DNA from: Takakia lepidozioides
Taxonomy: Eukaryota; Plantae; Bryophyta
DNA: 64,000 bases
Assembly (NCBI GenBank): GCA_030704615.1
Contig: CM060734.1
Location: 11,036,001 to 11,100,000, forward strand
Direction: 5' to 3'
The number at the start of each line of letters is the position of its first letter. Within the stretch, counting starts at the first letter, position 1. Made by a program: the position numbers and the translations under genes. The notes beneath the pieces are model-generated. The model saw only the letters and a program-made list of their open reading frames with translations. It ran no database searches and was not told the DNA's origin. Positions 11,495 to 22,649 of this stretch are shown here, in pieces.

Positions 11495-14400
11495 CATCAA
11501 GATCAAAAAGTGCTTCACCTATACCGGAAGAACTAGAGTTGGATGCCACTCCTTCTGTTTCTTTGCAAGAAAGATTAAGGGAATTGGTACGGAAGAAGAT
11601 CATCACGAGGTGAAAGATCTGAGGTACATCCTTGGATAAGACTTGACAGAAATCTTTGATAAGAGTGGCATGGACCCAAAAGCAGGAACTCCAGTTTCTG
11701 AAGCAGAAGATGAAGAAGGAGAAGAGGATGTGGCAGAGCCAACGGAGAGTTCAGACTCTCCAACACCATTACAGTTGAGTTACAGAGTGAAGAAGAAACC
11801 CAAGGGCTGAACTTGGAGGATGAAAACAGAGAGAAGAATTAGAAGAGGAAGGAATATAAGAAGTAGACCAACAGCTGAGGTTGAGACTACAACCAGGACT
11901 CCCAACCCCGTTGGACCTGGATCAAGTGGAGCACTTGGATCACAGGCCAACGAAGGTGTCGCTCAGGGGGATCAGGCGGGCTGCCTGGATCTGGCTCTGG
12001 GGGGACGGGAGTGTGGGAGTAGTGCAACTGAAGCTGGAATACTGTTAATATGTGGGACCAGAAGCAAGGATGCTCAAGCCACCACTGGTGGAAGATCCAC
12101 CACAAAACAACAGGTCCAGAAACGCAGAAATACCAAGCACCACAAGGGTGCCAGCACCTGTCAGTGGGCAGAAGGTAGGGCCACAGATGCGTTACAACCA
12201 ACACGGGCAAAACCCCCTTTCCAATATATTCCAGGAAAAGGGGATCCCGATGTACACATTAGCCAATTTGAGCACATGTGTATAGTGAACAATGAGAATG
12301 GCGATGATGCCAAGATGATACTGTTTCCTTGTTCACTTATCAAAAAAGCAATTGAATGGTATGCAAGATTCCCTGATAATCATTTCCTACCTGGAATGGC
12401 TTGAATACAGCATTTCGAAATAGGTTCAGGACAAGTAAAACTGAGGATGAAGTGTATGGAAGTTTACAACAGCTCGCAGAAGAAGCATGAAACTGTTGAA
12501 GAGTATATGGAGAAGATGAATTTAATGATGAAAAGCTGGTTGTCAGTACCAGCGCCCGGTTTTACAAAAGACTTGGTTTGTGAGTGGATTAAGACCGAGA
12601 GTTGCAAAAGAAAGTGGATATGTTACCCCATAATACAGTGGAGGAAGCATTTGAAACTGCGAACAGAATTGAGCAATTGGGAATGCTCAGGAGAGAGAAA
12701 AAGAAGATGAGGACTCTGAGGATGAGTCAGATGAAGAAGAAGAGCAAGAACTAAAAAGAAAGAGTAAGAGAAAGGAGAAGTTGAAGAGGGATAACTATGA
12801 AAAAAATTGGAAGAAATCTTGAAGAAGTATGCCACAGAGGCTGCAACACATTGGAGGAAGGGTGTATGGTGTGCAAAGTGCCAGAATGAAGGCCATACCA
12901 CCACAGAATGCCACATGAAGGAGAAACATTGTACTATCTGTAAAATGGATAACCATTCTACTGAGATTGTTACTACAACAGAAGGACAGCTGCAAGAGAA
13001 CCTAGGCAAGTAAGGGTGCATCAGGTGCAGCCCAGCCAAGAAGAAATAATGATCAGGACCACTATGGTAGGTCTGGTGGTTATAACAATGGCATGGAAGG
13101 AGAGGTAATTCAAGAGGAATTACCAAGGAAATTCCAGAGGCAACTATCAGGGTAATCCAAGGGGGAATTACCAGCCCGGGAATCAGGATTATAGAAATAA
13201 TCCAAGAACAGACCAAGGCGAGGACCCAATGGTGAGAGCTATGTTACTATTGTAATCAGCCAGGACATCGCAAGGCAGCCTGTTCATTCTGGATAAGACA
13301 CCAGAATGAGATGAGAGCTCCTGTGAATGAGGGCCCAGTGGTGGCAGCTCACATGGTTAGGCCATGTGTTGTACCGGAAGTAAGTACAATGATAGTAACA
13401 AGAAGTAAAGCCAAACTAATACCTCCAGCAGAAGAGGAAGAAGATGAGACTGGAAGTGGCAATGATATGCCTGAAGATGAAGAGACTTGGAAAGATGAGA
13501 AGGAACTGCACAAGGAAGTGGCAGATACTATAAGGGAAATGCAAAAGAGTACTGATATTCCTGTGGCAGATTCCTCTGATTCGGATGGAGAAAAAGAAGG
13601 GAGTGAGGAAGAAAGGAAAAAAAAGATGCAGTCATGAAGAGACTTTGGCTGCAGTAATATGTCAGACCAAAGCAGAAATTACCATTGGACAGTAATTAGC
13701 TGTGGCACCTTATTGTAGCACAGGCTTGGGTTGTTGTTTTTGTATGACAGGCAATCAATCGAATTGCCCAAAGAGACAGGGAACACAGACCTAAACAGCA
13801 AGGTGACCAGTTATAATTGAAGCCGGAAGGGCGAGAACCAGTCATGGACTTTGATGATCTATGTCAGTATTGTCCCCTAGAATTGATGAATTGCACAGCA
13901 CAGCACACACTGATGGTACTGATAGATGGTGGTTCTGGTGAGTATAACTATCAGTGACAGACACCATAGGCAAGAAGCTTGGTCTAAGGAACATGAAACC
14001 AGCCCCCATTACAAGTAACAATGGCAGATCAAAGAAGTGTACAGCCATTGGGATTAATAAGAGGAGTAGATCAGATACAGAAATGATCTTTATGATCACA
14101 GTAACTGTATTAAAAATGGATGAAGGTCATGGAGGCTTACTCCTTATTATGGGACGTCCGTGGCTGGATGAAACAGGCCAGGGTATTCCATGACTAGAAT
14201 TCTCAGTTACTAACTGTGCATAATGGGATGCACGAGATACAAAATTACCACAAAGAAATCTAGTAGATTACCTGCACAGAAGACCTCGAGGAGTCAGAGA
14301 GTATGACTGGAGAGGAGGATCTGGATGAGGAGCAGGAAGCTACCCTATTTGCTGCACCACCAGAATGGGAGCAGGTTGCGGAGATGCGGCTGGAAAGCCT

Positions 14401-17400
14401 AAGTTGTTTAAGAGGTATCTGCTGTGGTGTAGTGTCGGCAACACCAATTGAAGAGGAAACCAGCAGTTACCCACCACATTTCTATGAAGAAAGGAGGAGA
14501 GAAGTGAAATCCTAGAAGAAACCAGCCGCTGTGAGCTTAAAGGATGAAGTGGTGACTGGTTGGACAATCACAGCTGATGAGCAGGTGAGAGAAGTAATGT
14601 GGGAACTCAGAGAGGAACCGAGAATGGTGAAGTAGGAGCTGATTTGGAGCCGGAATTCTTCGAAGAAGCTAAAAGCTTGTTCATCCAATACAGATGTATT
14701 TGCTTGGAGCTATGAGGATCTAAAAGGGATACCACCTGAAGTCTGTCAGCATAAGATTGAACTGGAACCAGGGGTCGTACCAATCAAGCAGGCGAGGTAT
14801 AGAATGAATCCAACTACGCACAAAAGGTTGGAGAAGAGATAAAGAGTTGGCTGAGGCTAAAGTTTATATACCCAATAGAGTATACAACTTGTTGTCACCC
14901 ATTGTTATAGTTCCAAGAAGAATGGCAAGCTAAGAGTATGTGTAACTATAAGAGGCTGAATGCTTGTACGAAGAAGAAGATCCTTTCCCTTTGCCATTCA
15001 CAGATAGCAGTATTAGACACTGTGGCAGGCCATGAGATATGTACTCATCATGGATGCTTCAGTGGTTATAATCAAGTGCAAGTGCAGAAGAAGACCAAGG
15101 GAAAACAGCTTTCATCACAGAAGGGGGGCTTATGCCATACAAAGTCATGCCCTTTGGACTTTTGTAATGCACCAGCGACCTTTCAGAGAGTGATAAGTGA
15201 ATCTTTTCATGAGTATCTGGATGATTTCATGCATGTGTTTTTGGATGATTTCAGTGTGTACAGCTCTAAGAATGAGCACTTGCATAAATTGAGGAGTTAT
15301 GCCTGGCCAGATGCAGGATGAGAGGTCTGGGCTTGAATCCAGAGAAGTAGTGTACTTTCTGTGTGTGAACTCAGGGGTGCTTCTGGGACACATTGTGTGT
15401 AAGAAGGGACTTCTTGTGGATCCCAGGAAGACAGAGTCCATTAAAGTCTCTCCACCACCAGTGAATGTTAAGAGTTTAAGGAGATTCCTTGGGCAAACCA
15501 GTTATTACAGAAGATTTCTCAAAGGTAGTGCACAAATAGCAGCACCATGAGCAAGCTTCTGAAGAAAGATGCAGTGTTTGCCTGGACAGCTGAATGTCAA
15601 CAGGCGTTTGAGGAACTTACACTATCATTTGTCACGACTAACAACAGGAGAGGGGCGCACAGGAGTGGAAGATCAGTTACCTGATGCGAGTTTATTGTAA
15701 TGGAGGTGCAAGGAAGTGCAGATGAATGGTTAGATTGGCAGTGGCCACTCAGATACTACTTGCTCATGGTCAGTGCCCACCTAGTTATGGTAAAGAGCAG
15801 AGGAAGAGAATTGCTATCAAAGCTTTACCTTATACTATGATAGGAAGCAGAATATATAAGTTAGGACCTGATGGTAGTACTAAAACGATGCTTGTACCAC
15901 CATGAAGTAAATAAAGTCTTGGAAGAAGTTCATAAAGGAGTGGGCTGGAGGTCATTTTGGAGAAGAGAGACTACCAGTAGAAAGATACTACTCGCAGGAT
16001 ACTGGTGGCCTACTTTGTTCAAAGATGTACATGAGTATTGTCAGAAGTGTGATGAATGTCAGAGGCTAGGACCTTTGCAGAGATCTGGAAGAATGGCCTT
16101 GCATCCTACAATGCCTACGGAACCATTTCAGAAATGGGGACTAGACTTTGTTGGACCAATAATCCACATCCACCAACCGAATACACGAAACACGGTACAT
16201 AATTACAGCCACTGATTATACTACAAAGTGGGTGAAGCTAAAGCTTTGAGGACAACACAGCCAAGTCCACAGCACAGGTTCCGTACGAGAACATACTACA
16301 CGATTTGGATGTCCCTTAGAATTTATCAGTGATCAAGGAAGTCACTTCATGAATGAGACCATTGAGTTGTTGACTAAAGAGTTTATGATTGTGCATAGAA
16401 AGAGTACAACATATTACCCACAGGGTAATGGGCAGGCAGAGGCTACCAACAAAATACTATGTACTATTTTGGCTAAGATAGTCAATGCAAACAGAACGGA
16501 TTGGGATACAAAGCTGCTGACAGCTTATGGTCATACAGGACTTCATATAAAGTCACCACTAAGTATATACACCATTCCAATTAGTTTATGGTATGGAAGC
16601 CTTACTTCCAGTGGAATTCCTGTTACCTACCATGAGAACGGTAGTGGGGAGAAAAGAATGGAATTGCAAGACTCCATCAGTCAGGGTCAGGAAACATGAA
16701 TTATACCATGTGGAAGAAGTATGTGTGATGCAGCTGATAATATGACAAGAATTCAGATGAAGCGAAAGGAACAGTTTGATGAAGGAAAATTAAAGACTTT
16801 TAAGACGGGGGATTTGGTTCTATGGTTGCAGAAGAAAGGAAAGATTCAAGCTTCTAAGCTCAAATCACCGTGGAAAGGACCTTATGTCATACAAAAGATG
16901 TATGATAATAACACCATGTTACAAACCATTAACAAAGAAATGCCTGGGAAGAGTGAATGCAAATAAGTTGAAGGGGTACAGTGGTATCCATGACAAACCC
17001 CTGCAGCATTGATTTGCATAAGAAACCGCAAGAACAGTCACGGGACTGCACCAGTGTTACGAACGGAGTATGGAACACTAGTTGCTAGGCCCAGCATATA
17101 CGACCAGGGTGGGCAAAACAAACGTTGACACCCCTATCACACCCGCCAAGGCGCAACACAGCCTATCACAGCCCATCACGACGTGACACAGCCAACTACA
17201 GCCCGTCACGGCGTGACACAGGCAAACACAGCCCATCACGACGTGACACAGCCAACCACAGCCCGTCACGACGTGACACAGCCAACCACAGCCCAGCAAG
17301 GCGCAACACAGCCTATAACAACATACCACAGCGTGTCACAGCCTATCACAGCTTACCCAGTGCATCACAGCCTATCACAGGGTAACACAGTATGACACAG

Positions 17401-17470
17401 CCTGTCACAGCTCAACACAACCTACTAAAGTTACACCATCCATAGAATCAGTGGCAAGTGGACACATAAT
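11495..17470 (+). mobile_element. Gypsy family B internal region, degenerate (gag, protease, RT, integrase; RNase H deleted at ~15625)
   Basis: CAKCQNEGHTTTEC knuckle, [39 protein letters not shown]; many frameshifts. Confidence 0.9.
17130..17420 (+). repeat. ~30-bp CACAGCC-rich tandem repeat in the family B 3' region
   Basis: Units like CACAGCCCATCACGACGTGACACAGCCAAC; reverse copy at 27750-28080. Confidence 0.85.
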
Positions 17471-17926
17471 AACTTCAGGAAAATGGATGACGAGAGAGAG
17501 GAAACGGAAATTACTTTAAAAATAGACACGTGGAGGTCAGGGTGCGACACACAGCAGAGAATGAAGTGCAAGGACAGGTGTCAAAAAGAAAGAGGACAAA
17601 AACGGCCGTCAAATGGGATGAAAGGCGGGCCCATTAATGAATACGGAAAAAGGGAAACGGAACGACGGGCAAGTACAGAAAAGCCGAATTCATGTCGCAT
17701 GTGTGATCCTAGTGGACTATCCAACAGGGAAAGTCCACTAAAGAAGAAAAAGTTAAAATCCAGTCACAGCAGATACAGCCAATAGAAACCAGAGAGAAAT
17801 GATCAAGAAAATGGAGGGAAAATGAGCGCAAGAGGCGCGCGTCGTTCTGAGTAACGGGCGTCTCGACAGGACAGGCCATAAATGCTATAACTTGGAAACT
17901 ATGGAGGAACTAACAGCCAGTCACAG

Positions 17927-18570
17927 CTCGAGGACGGGTCTGTTTTGGGAGATGGTGCGGATTTTGCGCTACTTGCAACTTCATCAAGCTATATCTCCAA
18001 CATACATCTTGGAGAATGTGCCACTGATGGGTGATTCTCGGGCCAGGGTGATGGCCAGTGTGCATCAAGTCCGGTCGTGGCTTGGGTCAGCAGTGTTGCT
18101 GGATGCAGCTGCAGTGGGGTCACGGGGTCATCGTCCACGACTATGGTGGACTAACTTGATGCCACCTGCACTGCTCAAGCGTGCATTTGATGGGGTGCAG
18201 CGGCCAGCACACCTCACCGTGGATGGCATTTTGGACACAGGGAGGCAGTCTCAACGTGAGACACGATGACCGTTCGCCTTTGGCAGTGGTCAACAGGGTG
18301 GGTCAACCACGAGCAGCATTACCTACACTGCTCAGCTTCCCAGGATCCCATGCTTTTCGGGATGGTGGACCTGGCCTCCTGTGGGATGCTCAGTTGCAAC
18401 AGTTAGTGGAGCCTAATGCCGACGAGCGAGAGCGGGCTATGGGGTTTTCCACTGGGACCACGGCGGTGCCTTCTCTTTCTGAGGCATCACGGCGTCAGGT
18501 GTTGGGGCAAGCAATGGATCTCAATTGCTTGACCTAGATTATCAGCTTGGCTATGGCTGAGCAACGAAGG
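17927..18570 (+). pseudogene. DNMT3-like C5-cytosine DNA methyltransferase domain (C-terminal half) of Gypsy family A
   Basis: RTGLFWEMVRIL, YILENV (motif VI), LDAAAVGSRGHRPRLWWTNL (motif VIII), DERERAMGFSTGTT (IX), RRQVLGQAMDL (X); the same order as DNMT3 catalytic domains. Motifs I-IV lost to 5' truncation. Confidence 0.87.
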
Positions 18571-18759
18571 ACCACGGGGTGTAGACATCCATGGCACACG
18601 TGGGAGGTGCTCGAGGTTCAGAGGGAGTTGACAGCCAAGGCAGCTGTGATGATGAGGTTGGGGATTCTTCTCGGGATGAGAGGTTCTCAATGATGAGATG
18701 ATGGGGCAGGATGAGGCCTTGTCATTGACTGAGCAGGAAGGGAGTACTGCTCAAAAGGT

Positions 18760-19382
18760 TGCAGCATAGCAACCACGGGACGCGTCCTCTACCTCTAAGC
18801 CCACTGGACTTAAGGTTGCAGTTACGGAGGACAATTGGGAGCGTGACATTGGACCCATTGTCACCGGAGGAGAGAGCACGTATACGGCGGTTCCTGAGGG
18901 TTTACAGGAATTGCTTTGCCTTCAGTTTGAAGGACTTGGGAGCACTGAAGGGTCAAGAGATCCGTATTGAGTTGGCCACTGACACGCCAATATTTCGGAG
19001 ACCCTATAGATACAGTGACATGGAGAGGTCTTTGATTCAGATGAGGACTCAAGATCTCTGGGGGAGGCAGGTTGGTGGAGCTCTATGGTGGAGAGTATGC
19101 TTCAGCCACAGTGATGCCAGCCAAGAAGGATGTCTATGGCAATTGGACGGAGAGACGTATGTGCGGTGATTACCGGCCTGTAAATCGTCAGACCAAGTCC
19201 GATAGGTATGCCATGCCGACACCAGAGGAGATCTTTGATGCCATTGGGCATTCCAAGGTCTTTAGCACGGGATTTACGATCCGGATATCACCAGTTGCCG
19301 ATCAAGGAGGCGGATAAGCAAAAGACGGCATTCTGGGGGATCAATGAGCACGGGAAGGATTGCCTATACCAGTGGCGGTTCT
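18760..19382 (+). pseudogene. pol: Gypsy family A RT N-terminus, interrupted by MULE-1
   Basis: PIFRRPYR, RMCGDYRPVN, YAMPTPEEIF, KTAFWG...LYQWRF; continues as LPFGLKNAP from 2647. Confidence 0.9.
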
Positions 19383-19842
19383 AGGGGCTGCTATTTCATG
19401 AGCCATGAGCCATGAGCGGCATGAGCCATGAGCAGAGTCGTAAGTGTGGAAAAAAACATGAGCAGCACTATTTTCCAGAAATGAGTGTCCGCGGGAATAG
19501 GGTTTAGGGTGCCACGGTCATAGGGGGGAGAAGGACCCTCCCGATGAAGGAGGTTCGGCAATGTTTTTTAGAATTATATTGAAAGGCAATGTTTGCGAAT
19601 GGTAGGGTGGTACTGCTCTGTACAATGGGGGCCCATTTCAGCCTACCAGCCACTTGCAAAATCCACCCACACTCCCAATCCCAAACGAAATGAGCAATGA
19701 CGCATTCTGGGAACGATGGACACAGAATAGAATAAAAGAGGGCACAATGAGGTTTTATTGATCCACATGAATTGCATTTGAAGCACGTCTACTGTGCTGA
19801 TTGTGCAATCAAATCTTTAGCCCTGTGCCTACTGAATACAAG

Positions 19843-20402
19843 TCACGTTGTCAATGGACTTCGACTGCTCTCAGAACTAGCTCATGAGTCATGGGTTCCT
19901 CCATGTAAAGTCGATTGCAGCCGTTGTACTGCCCCTAGTGATGTTCACCACAATGTCCTGCCCTTCAATCATACCACCATCGAATATGGAAATCTTCACG
20001 TTTTCGTCGTCCACACCAATGCGAATGTCCCCATACAATGGAGAAGAGGAGCGCACTCTTGAGGAGAATAGGTCTCTTCGATAGAGTCCACCCACGTCCA
20101 GTGGCAGCAGTTCCACCGCAACAGCATAGCAGTGCGCCTTCTTCTGCATGGGTGACCGTCGTAGCTGGGAAAATCGGAATCGAGGATGCGCAGGAGCCAC
20201 GGACTCCTCAGACCAAGATCGTCACCCCGCTCGAAGGCGTAGTGGCCTACGAATACTCAAAAGCCACCAATGTTTCCACAATCGAACCAGTATCTTTTGT
20301 GTAATCTGTGTACCAGATAACAATGTCTCCCGATGTGGCCGAATACATTGCATAATCGATGCCTCCAAATGGGCAGTCGTCCCGGTTCCGGAAGCACGAC
20401 AT
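19843..20402 (-). pseudogene. MULE-1 cargo gene A, frameshifted copy
   Basis: Near-identical to 231-794. Confidence 0.75.
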
Positions 20403-20957
20403 CCTTGCAAAGGAGGACCTGAGGACGACTTGGATGCAGATGACAATGACCTTGCGGACAGCTACAAAGCCCTTAGATTTTGGAAATGATGTGAAGCGGA
20501 AGAGCAGTCCGGCCTCCAATAATGGAGCATCTGGGTCCCACGTACCACCGACGGAGGTGGAACGTGTTCATCACGCCAGCGGTGGATGAACCCATACATC
20601 TTTCTCATCAACAAGTTATAGTTTGAGATCTGCCACCGAAGTCCATCCCCCCGGATGGAAATTCGGCGCCGCGTTTACATCGAAGAGGGGATGGACTTCG
20701 TCGTGTCCAGTGGCTATCGGCCCACCTGGCAGTGAGTGCCCATAGTTTGCATGGCAGGGTAGGAAACTGAAACAGCTACATTCATGAAGCAGCCAATCTT
20801 CATCGGTTCAGGATCCTGTAGGGGGGAAATTTAAATGTGCCCTGGAGTGTTTGTGAGGAATTGCAGCGTTAGCTTGAACTTTTTCCAGCCACCGCGCTGC
20901 TCCTCCTCCATCCGGGAGCTGCTGTCATTGAGCGTACTCCGCTACTCTTTTTCAAGG

Positions 20958-21545
20958 ATGCCGTGCCGCCGAAATCCAGCCGACTGCCCTTATCATGGCC
21001 ACGATTATGCTATGTTCAAACCAGAATCAGGAGACATCATGTCTGGCTCTCTGTTTTCACAGACGCTGCTGGAATCAAGCAAGAGTCTGTGCGCGCAATG
21101 GAGTATCTGGAGGGCTATTACCGCTGAGCGATGTGGATGAGGTGAGGGCGCGGTCATGCGGTCCGTGGGTCCTGAAAATTGTTGACCTCGATATACCAAG
21201 CTGGAAAGGGATGCCGGACAGATCACGCACGGCCTCGCTTTGGCGCTGGAACTGCTGCCAGTGGACCAGGGAGGACGGCACCGGGGAAAACTATATACGT
21301 GCCAGATCACTCCGCTCTTCCAGTGTATGGAGACATTCGGCTGAGTTGCGAAGACGAGTCGTACGGGCACATGAGGCCCACAGTGACCTTGTCAATGTAT
21401 GATGGTGGTATCATTGATGGACATGACATTGTCGTCGGCTCCAGCAAGGGCAGCAGAACGACCGAATTGCAGTTTACCTCGAGGTGCTCGCAGTGAGAGT
21501 GATGAGCTTGTTTTGAGGGGTATCGAAGTTCCGTCGACTTGGTGA
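20958..21545 (+). pseudogene. MULE-1 cargo gene B, diverged paralog of gene A in divergent orientation
   Basis: MPCRRNPADCPYHGHDYAMF, PWVLKIVD, RWNCCQWT, PVYGDIRL, YDGGIIDGHDIVV and ELVLRGIEVP align with gene A. Confidence 0.75.
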
Positions 21546-21804
21546 AGCCCATGTAGAAGGAGGAAGGGCTTAGTTTTGTCTGTGCAGTTGGTAAATGTGA
21601 GACATCGTGTCCGATCAATAAACCCATCGTACCTCACTTCTGTATGATGTGTTTTTCATTCTGTTGAATAACTGTCGGAATTGGCCCACTGTTTACAATT
21701 TGATGTCTCATTTCTACAATGTGTCTGTCCGGATGAATATAGCAGAGTAACCGGTATGTGAGTCATGTGTCAAGAATATACCAGAGTAACGCCATGTCGG
21801 ACAT

Positions 21805-22515
21805 TGAAATGCGGGGCACCGCATTAAAGGGGGACAAGGAAATGCGGTGCATCATTTCCGTCCAGGTACACGAAATACCAACACGGGTCTATAAATGGAC
21901 AGACAACGAGGTTGGCATTGCAAATGCGGCGACGCATTTCCAGCTTGGCAATGGAAACTTCTTTTGGACAAGGGAATGCGGTGCCGCATTTCCGTCCAAC
22001 ACTTCGAAAAGTGTGACATTTCCGACCAGCGCGATGGAATGCGTTACCGCATTTCCGTGAGAGGGTCTGCAAATGGACAAATTGCGATGTCCGTTCTGGA
22101 AATGCGGCGCCGCATTTCCATGTCCGTCATCGACTTTTTTTTACAATGAATGGAATGCGGTGCCAATTTTTTGCTGATGGGCCTGCAGTTTCGAACAACG
22201 ACCATCCCCAATATGGAAATGCGGCACGCATTTTCAATTGCCGCCATCTCGACCTCCTTGTTCGACCTCCTTGTTCGACCTCTGTAAGCGTGGTGGCATC
22301 CATGCAATGAGAGCGGGAGAGGCCAAAACTGGCGTTGGTGTGGACAAAGGAAATTTTGGAAATGCGGCACCGCATTTCCAATCGGCCGATTACTTTTTAC
22401 TATGCCACATTGAAATGGAAATTTAGTCCCTCCCCTGTTTTGGAAATGCGGTGCCGCATTTCAAAAAGAGGTCTTAGAGTGCAAAATTTGGAAATGCGGT
22501 GCAGCCCCATTTCTG
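21805..22515. repeat. Cluster of ~11 copies of palindrome P1 (GGAAATGCGGCGCCGCATTTCC)
   Basis: Perfect copy at ~22098; variants at ~21806, 21839, 21920, 21972, 22036, 22151, 22215, 22358, 22442 and 22490; further copies at 2046, 23813, 25070, 26278, 36764 and 36858. Confidence 0.9.
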
Positions 22516-22649
22516 ATTTTGGGAGCGTCGGGGTTTGAGCGATTGTGTGGCTGGAATGCACACTGGAGAGGGGTCACGAATGTCTGGCAGAATTTCCTTT
22601 ATATACTCTGGAAGAGAATTACATTTACAGAGACTTCATTAAAATTCTA

